Assembly (NCBI RefSeq): GCF_009914755.1
Contig: NC_060940.1
DNA length: 64,000 nt
From: the human T2T-CHM13v2.0 reference genome, Homo sapiens
Reading direction: 5' to 3' (one strand)
Made by a program: the position numbers and the translations under genes. Positions 56,601 to 64,000 of this stretch are shown in pieces. Position 1 is the stretch's first letter; each line of letters opens with the position of its first letter. A model generated the notes under the pieces. That model was not told the origin of the DNA. It made no database searches and saw only the letters and a program-made list of their open reading frames with translations.

Positions 56601-59600
56601 TTGATTTCATTCGGTGCTTCTATTCAATTCCAGTCGATGATGATTCCGTTGGAGTCCATACGATGATTCCATTTGATTTCATTTGATGATGATTCCATTC
56701 GATGATGATTACATTGGATTCCATTCTATGATTCCATTCAATTCCATTCGTTGATGATTCGATTCCATTAAATGATGATTCCTTTTGAGTTCATTCGATG
56801 ATTCTATTCGATTCCGTTCGATGGTGATTCAATTCTCTTATATTGGATGAATCCACTCGATTCCATTTGATGATTATTCCATTGGAGTCCACTTAGTGAA
56901 TCCTTCAGATTCTACTCGAAGATGATTCCATTCAAGTCCATTCGATGATACCATTCAATTCCATTCGTTGATGCTTCCATTCAAGTGCATTCGATGATAT
57001 CATTCGATTCCATTTGATGATAATTCCATTTGATTCCATGCGATGATTCTATTCGATTCCATTCAATGATAATTCCATTCAGTTCAGTGATTCCTCTGGA
57101 CTCCATTTGATGATGATTCCATTCAATGATTCCATTCGATTCTATTCGAAAATGATTCCATTTGAATCCATTTGATGATGATTCCATTAGATTCCATTTG
57201 ATGATTCCATTCGATTCCATGTGACGATGATTCCATTCGATTCCATGTGATGATTCCATTCTATTCTATTCGATGATGATTCCATTCGATTCCATTCGAT
57301 GATGATTGGATTCGATTCCATTTGATGATTTCATTTGATTCCATTCGTTAATGATTTCGATCAATTCCATTCGATGATTCCATTCGATTCCATTCGATAA
57401 TGATTACATCCGTGTCCATTCAGTGATTCCATTTGAGCCTGTTCGATAATTCCATTTGAGTCCAACCAATGATTCCATTCATTTCCCTTCCATGATTCCA
57501 TTCGAGTCCATTTGATCATTCCGGTAGGGTCCATTCGATGTTGATTCCATTGGAGTGCATTCGATGATTCCATTCGAGTCCATTTTATGATTTGATTCGA
57601 GTTCTTTCGATGATTCCATTCGATTCCACTCGATGATGATTTCATTCGAGTCCATTCGACACTTCCAATCGATTCCATTTGATGTTTCCATTCGAGTCCA
57701 ATTGATGATTCCATTCAATTCCATTCGATGATGATTCCGTACGATTCCATTCTGTGATGATTCCATGTGATTGCATTCAATGATGATTCCTTTAGATTGC
57801 ATTCGATTGTGATTCATTTCGTCTTCATTCTATGGTTCCACAGGTTTCCATTCGTGTCCATTCCATTATTCCATTCTATTCCATTTGATGATGATTCCAT
57901 TCGATTCCATTCATTGGTGATTCCACTCAATTCCATTCAATGATTCCATTCCATTTCTTTCAACAATGATTCCATTAGTTTCTAATCGATGATCCACTTG
58001 ATTCCATTTGACGACGATTCCATTCTTGTCCATTCGATGATTCCATTTGATTCCATATGATGATGATTCCATTCGATTCCATACGATGATGATTCCATTC
58101 GAGTCCATTCAATGGTGATTCCATTCAATTCCATTCGATGATTCCTTTCGATTCCATTCGATGATGATGGCATTCGATTCCTTTCAATCATTCCCTTTGA
58201 TTCCATTCAAAGGTGATTTCATTCAAGTCCATTCGATAATTGCATTCGATTCCATTCTATGATGATTCCATTCGAGTCCATTTGATGATTCCATTCAATT
58301 CAAGTCAATGATGATTCCATTCGATTCCATTCGATGATTCCATTGGATTCCATTCGATGATGATTCCATTCAAATCCATTCGATAATTCAATTCAAGTCC
58401 ATTCGATGATGATTAAAATCGAATCCATTCAAAGATTCCATTCAGTTCCATTCGATGATTCCCTTAGATTCCATTCGATGATTCCACTTGATTTCATTTA
58501 CGATGATTCCATTCGATTCCATGTGATGATTCCATTCAATTCTATTCAATGCTGTTTCCATTTCTTTCCATTCGACCATGATTGCCTTTGATTCCATTCA
58601 ATGACTCCATTCGGTTCCTTTTGATGATGATTCCGTTCGATTCCATTTCATTATTCCATTTGATTCCATTGGATGAGTCCATTCGATTACATTCGATGAT
58701 TATTCCATTCGAGTGCATTAGATGATTCCATTCGAGTCCATTCGATGATTCCATTCGATTCCATTCGATGTTGATTCTGTTCAAATCCATTCGATGATTC
58801 CACTCGATTCCATTCGATGACTCCAGTTGATCCCATTCGATGATTTCCTTTGATTCCCTTTGATGATCATTCCATTTGATTCAATTCGGTGATTTCATTT
58901 GATTCCATTCAGTGATGTTTCCATTCGACTCCATTCGATGATGATTCCATTCGACTCCATTCGATGATGATTCCATTCGACTCCATTCGATTATGATTTC
59001 ATTCAATTCCATTCGATAATGATTCCCTTCGAGTCCATTCGATGATTCCATTCGATTCCATTCAACGATGATTTGATTCGTGTCCATTCGATGATTCCAT
59101 TTGATTCCACTTGATGATGATTCCATTCGAGTCCATTTGATGATTCCATTCAATTCCATTCTCCGATGATTTCTTTTGAGCCCACTCAATGCTTCCACTC
59201 GATTCCATATGATGATGACTCCATTCGATGAAATTCGATGATGATTCCATTCGCTTGCATTCGATGATGATTCCACTTGAGTCCATTAGAAGATTCTATT
59301 CAATTACATTCCATGACGATTCCGTTCGAGTCCATTTGATGATTCCATTAGACTCCATTCGACGATGATTCCATTCGATGTTATTCGATGATTCCATTCG
59401 ATCTCATTCGATGATGATTCCATTCAACTCCATTCGATGTTTCCATTCGAGTTCATTCTATTATTCCATTAGATTCCATTCGATGATGATTCCATTCGAT
59501 TCCATTTGATGATTGCATTCTATTTCATTTGATGATGATTCCATTCGAGTCCACTCGATGATTCCATTCGAGTCCATTTAATGAATCCATTGGTTTCAAT

Positions 59601-59796
59601 TCTATGATGATTACATTGGATTCCATTCGTTGATGATTTCATTCGGTTCCATTCAATGATGATTCCATTCAATTCCTTTCAATGTTTCCATTCAATTCCA
59701 TACGATGATGATTCCATTTGATTTGATTCGACAGTGAGCCATTCGATTCAATTCCATGATGATTCTATTTGATTCCATTGGTTGACATTTCCATTC
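53659..59796 (+). repeat. Higher-order unit 9 (6138 bp; +26-bp tandem duplication)
   Basis: Marker at 53709, next at 59847. Extra CCATTCGACTCCATTCGATGATGATT module at ~58921-58990. Confidence 0.9.
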
Positions 59797-62700
59797 GATT
59801 CCATTCGATGATGATTCCCTTTGATTCCATTCAAAGATGATTCCATTCTAGCCCATTCAATCATTCCATTCGATTCTATTCAATGATGATTCCATTCATG
59901 TCGATTTGGTGATTCCATTTGACTTCATTTGATGATGATTCCTTTCAAGTTCATTAGATGATTCCATTCGATTCCATTTGATGATGATCCCATTCGAGTC
60001 CATTCAGTGATTCCACTCGTTTCCATTCCATGATGATTCCATTCCATTCCATTCAATGATTCCATTCGATTCCGTTTGATGATGATTTCATTCGAGTCCA
60101 TTTGATGATTCCATTTGATTCCATTCGATGATGATTCCATTCGAGTCCATTCGATGATTCTATTCGAATCCATTTGATGATTTCTTTTGATTATATTTGG
60201 TGATGATTCCATTGGAGTCCATTCAATGATTCCATTCGATTCCAATCGATGGTGATTCCATTAGAGTCCATTTAATGATTCCATTTGATTCCAGTCTCTG
60301 ATGATTACATTCGAGTCCATACGATGATTCCACTCAATTCCATATCATGATGATTCCATTCGATTCCATTCGATGATTCCATTCTATTCTATTCAATGGT
60401 GATTCCATTCGAGTACATTAGATGATTCCATTCGATTCCATTCAATGATGATTCTATTTGTGTCCCTTAGATGATTCCACATGATTCCATTAGATGATGA
60501 TACTATTTGAGCCCATCCAATGATTCCCTTCGATTCCATTCGATGAGGATTCCATTCGATTCAATTCATTGGTGATTCTATTCAATTCAATTCTTTGATT
60601 CCATTCCATTCCATTCGACAATGATTCCATTCGATTTCTTTCGATGATTCCACTCGATTCCACTTGACATTGATTCCCTTCGATTCCATTCAATGATTCC
60701 ATTTGATTCCAGTGGATGATGATTGCCATCGATTCCATTTGATCACTCCATTCTATTCCACTTGATGATGATTACATTCGATTCCATTTGACGATTCCAT
60801 CTGATTCTATTCGAGGATTCCATTTGATTCCATTCGATGATGATTCCATTCGAGTCCATTCGATGATATCATTCGAGTACATCCAATGATTCCATTCGAG
60901 TCCATTTGATGATTCCATTTGATTCCATTTGATAATGATTCTACTAGAGTCCATTCAATGACTCCATTGGAGTCCATTCAACAATTCCATTCGACTCCAT
61001 TTGATGATTCCATTGGATTCCATTTGATGATTCCATTCGAGTCCATTTAATCATTACAGTCGAGTCCATTTGGTGATTCCACCGGCTTTCTTTTGATAAT
61101 GATACCATTCAATTACATTTGATGATGATCCCATTCAATTTCATTTGATGATGATTCCATTAGAGTCCATTCGATGATTTCATTCGAGTCCCTTCATTGA
61201 TTCCATCCGATTTCATTGGATGATGACTCCATTCGAGTCCATTCGATGATTCCACTCGATTCCATTAGATGATTCCATTGGAGTCCATTTGATTGTTCCA
61301 TTCGATTCCATTCGATTCCTTTCGAAGATTATTCCATTTGAGTCCATTCGATGATGATTCCATTCCATTCCATTCGATGATTCCGTTTGATTCCATTCGA
61401 TGATTCCCTTCCATTCCTTTCTTTGATGATTCCATTCCATTCCATTCAATGATTCCATTCGAATCTATTCCATGATGATTCCTTTCGATTCCATTCGCTG
61501 ATGTTTCCGTTCAATTCCATTCGATGATGATTCCATTCGATTCCATTCATTGAGGATTCCATTTGATTCCATTCAATGATGATTCCGTTCTATTCCATTC
61601 AATGATTGCATTCAATTCCATTCAGTGATTATCCCCTTAGAGTAAACTCAACGATTCCATTCAATACCATTCGATGATGATTCCTTTTGAGTCCATTCAA
61701 TGATTTCATTCAAGTCCATTTGATGATTCCTTTGAATTCCATTCTATGATGATTCCATTCGAGTCCATTCGATGATTCCATTCGATTGCATTCGATGATT
61801 CCATTATATTCCAGTCAACGATGATTCCATTCGAGTCCATTCGATGATTCCATTAGAGTACATTTAATGATTGCTTTGTTTTCAATTCGAAGATGATTAC
61901 ATTGGATTCCATTCTATGATACCATTCGATTCCATTCAATGATGATTCCACTCAAATCCATTGGATGATTCCATTCGTGTCCATTCGGTGATTTCATTAG
62001 ATTCCATTCGAGGATGATTCCATTCGATTCCATTCGATGATTCCATTCAATTCCATTCGAGGATGATTCCATTCCAGTCCATATGATCATTCCATTTGAT
62101 TTCATTCGATGATGATTCCATTCGATTCCATTCGATGATTCCATTCTATTCCATTCGATGATGATTCCATTCGAGTCCATTCGATGATTCCATTCGAGTC
62201 CATTTAATGATTCCATTGGGTTCAATTCAATGATGATTACATTGGATTCCGTTCTATGATTCCATTCAATTCCGTTCATTGACAATTTGATTCCATTCGA
62301 TGATGATTCCATTTGAGTTCATTCGATGATTCTATTCGATTCTCTTCGATGGTGATTCAATTCTATTATATTGGATGATTCCATTCGATTCCATTTGATG
62401 TTGATTCAATTCGATTCTATTCGATGATGATTCCATTGGATTTCACTTGATGATTCTATTCGATTCCATTCAATGATGATTCACTTCTCGTCCATTGGAT
62501 GATTCCATTTCATTCCATTCGATGATGATTCCATTCGATTCCATTCGATGATTCCATTTGATTCCATGCGTCGGTGAGCAATTCGATTCAATTCCATGAT
62601 GATTCTATTTGATTCAATTAGATGATGTTTCCATTCGAATCCATTCCATGATTATTCCATTGGAATCCATTCGGCGATGATTCCATATGAGTCAATTCAA

Positions 62701-64000
62701 TGATGATTCCATATGGGTCCGTTCGATGATAATTCCATTTGATTTCATTCGGTGCTTCTATTCAATTCCAGTCGATGATGATTCCGTTGGAGTCCATACG
62801 ATGATTCCATTTGATTTCATTTGATGATGATTCCATTCGATGATGATTACATTGGATTCCATTCTATGATTCCATTCAATTCCATTCGTTGATGATTCGA
62901 TTCCATTAAATGATGATTCCTTTTGAGTTCATTCGATGATTCTATTCGATTCCGTTCGATGGTGATTCAATTCTCTTATATTGGATGAATCCACTCGATT
63001 CCATTTGATGATTATTCCATTGGAGTCCACTTAGTGAATCCTTCAGATTCTACTCGAAGATGATTCCATTCAAGTCCATTCGATGATACCATTCAATTCC
63101 ATTCGTTGATGCTTCCATTCAAGTGCATTCGATGATATCATTCGATTCCATTTGATGATAATTCCATTTGATTCCATGCGATGATTCTATTCGATTCCAT
63201 TCAATGATAATTCCATTCAGTTCAGTGATTCCTCTGGACTCCATTTGATGATGATTCCATTCAATGATTCCATTCGATTCTATTCGAAAATGATTCCATT
63301 TGAATCCATTTGATGATGATTCCATTAGATTCCATTTGATGATTCCATTCGATTCCATGTGACGATGATTCCATTCGATTCCATGTGATGATTCCATTCT
63401 ATTCTATTCGATGATGATTCCATTCGATTCCATTCGATGATGATTGGATTCGATTCCATTTGATGATTTCATTTGATTCCATTCGTTAATGATTTCGATC
63501 AATTCCATTCGATGATTCCATTCGATTCCATTCGATAATGATTACATCCGTGTCCATTCAGTGATTCCATTTGAGCCTGTTCGATAATTCCATTTGAGTC
63601 CAACCAATGATTCCATTCATTTCCCTTCCATGATTCCATTCGAGTCCATTTGATCATTCCGGTAGGGTCCATTCGATGTTGATTCCATTGGAGTGCATTC
63701 GATGATTCCATTCGAGTCCATTTTATGATTTGATTCGAGTTCTTTCGATGATTCCATTCGATTCCACTCGATGATGATTTCATTCGAGTCCATTCGACAC
63801 TTCCAATCGATTCCATTTGATGTTTCCATTCGAGTCCAATTGATGATTCCATTCAATTCCATTCGATGATGATTCCGTACGATTCCATTCTGTGATGATT
63901 CCATGTGATTGCATTCAATGATGATTCCTTTAGATTGCATTCGATTGTGATTCATTTCGTCTTCATTCTATGGTTCCACAGGTTTCCATTCGTGTCCATT
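59797..64000 (+). repeat. Higher-order unit 10 (truncated by window end)
   Basis: Marker at 59847. Near-identical to unit 9 at offset 6138 (for example ORFs 57361 and 63499 are identical). Confidence 0.9.

Larger units (their letters stand above)
1..64000 (+). repeat. Human satellite II (HSat2/HSATII) tandem array, probably HSat2B (chr16q11.2-type, ~6.1-kb period)
   Basis: Continuous ATTCCATTCG-ATTCCATTCG-ATG(ATG) and ATTCCATTCGAGTCCATTCGATG motifs (23/26-bp modules rich in TCGA and GANTC sites) across the full window. The CATTCGATTC signature indicates HSat2 rather than pure (CATTC)n HSat3. Subfamily and chromosome are inferred only from the ~6.1-kb period. Confidence 0.97.

Noticed and set aside
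29415-58591. Three plus-strand ORFs (29415, 52294, 58406)
   Set aside because: Chance ~60-aa frames arising from point variants in the satellite, with no domain features.
129-63955. Numerous minus-strand ORFs of 60-132 aa (MESNGIIEW-like peptides)
   Set aside because: They are translations of the GGAAT/CATCAT strand, which is rich in ATG and poor in stops. They are low-complexity, overlap in several frames, recur with the satellite period and are freely broken by indels.
1-64000. CRISPR-like or other repeat-spacer array
   Set aside because: There is no invariant repeat with unique spacers and no cas genes. All intervening sequence is degenerate pentamer satellite.
1-64000. HSat3, alpha satellite, Alu/L1 insertions or a strand inversion
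   Set aside because: Only very short pure CATTC runs occur. I see no 171-bp monomers, no GC-rich or poly(A) segments and no GGAAT-oriented block on the + strand.

Overview
The whole 64 kb window is one uninterrupted, single-orientation block of human classical satellite II (HSat2/HSATII), with the CATTC-rich strand on +. It is built from diverged ATTCC/ATTCG pentamers punctuated by GATG/GATGATG into 23- and 26-bp modules. These modules form a ~6112-bp higher-order unit present in about 10 copies, a period matching what is described for HSat2B of the chr16q pericentromeric heterochromatin (assignment from recall, not alignment). I see no genes, RNA genes, transposons, CRISPR arrays or inversions, and all listed ORFs are artefacts of the GGAAT strand. 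I found no evidence of a novel protein-coding system. The informative signal is array architecture: a ~1.83-kb foreign, more diverged HSat2 island (42951-44781) flanked by two copies of a 2.3-kb segment from a distinct lineage (local 4130-bp period), a complex +429/+429 rearrangement in unit 4, a reused breakpoint, indels quantised in 23/26-bp modules, and spatially clustered subfamilies with apparent conversion patches.
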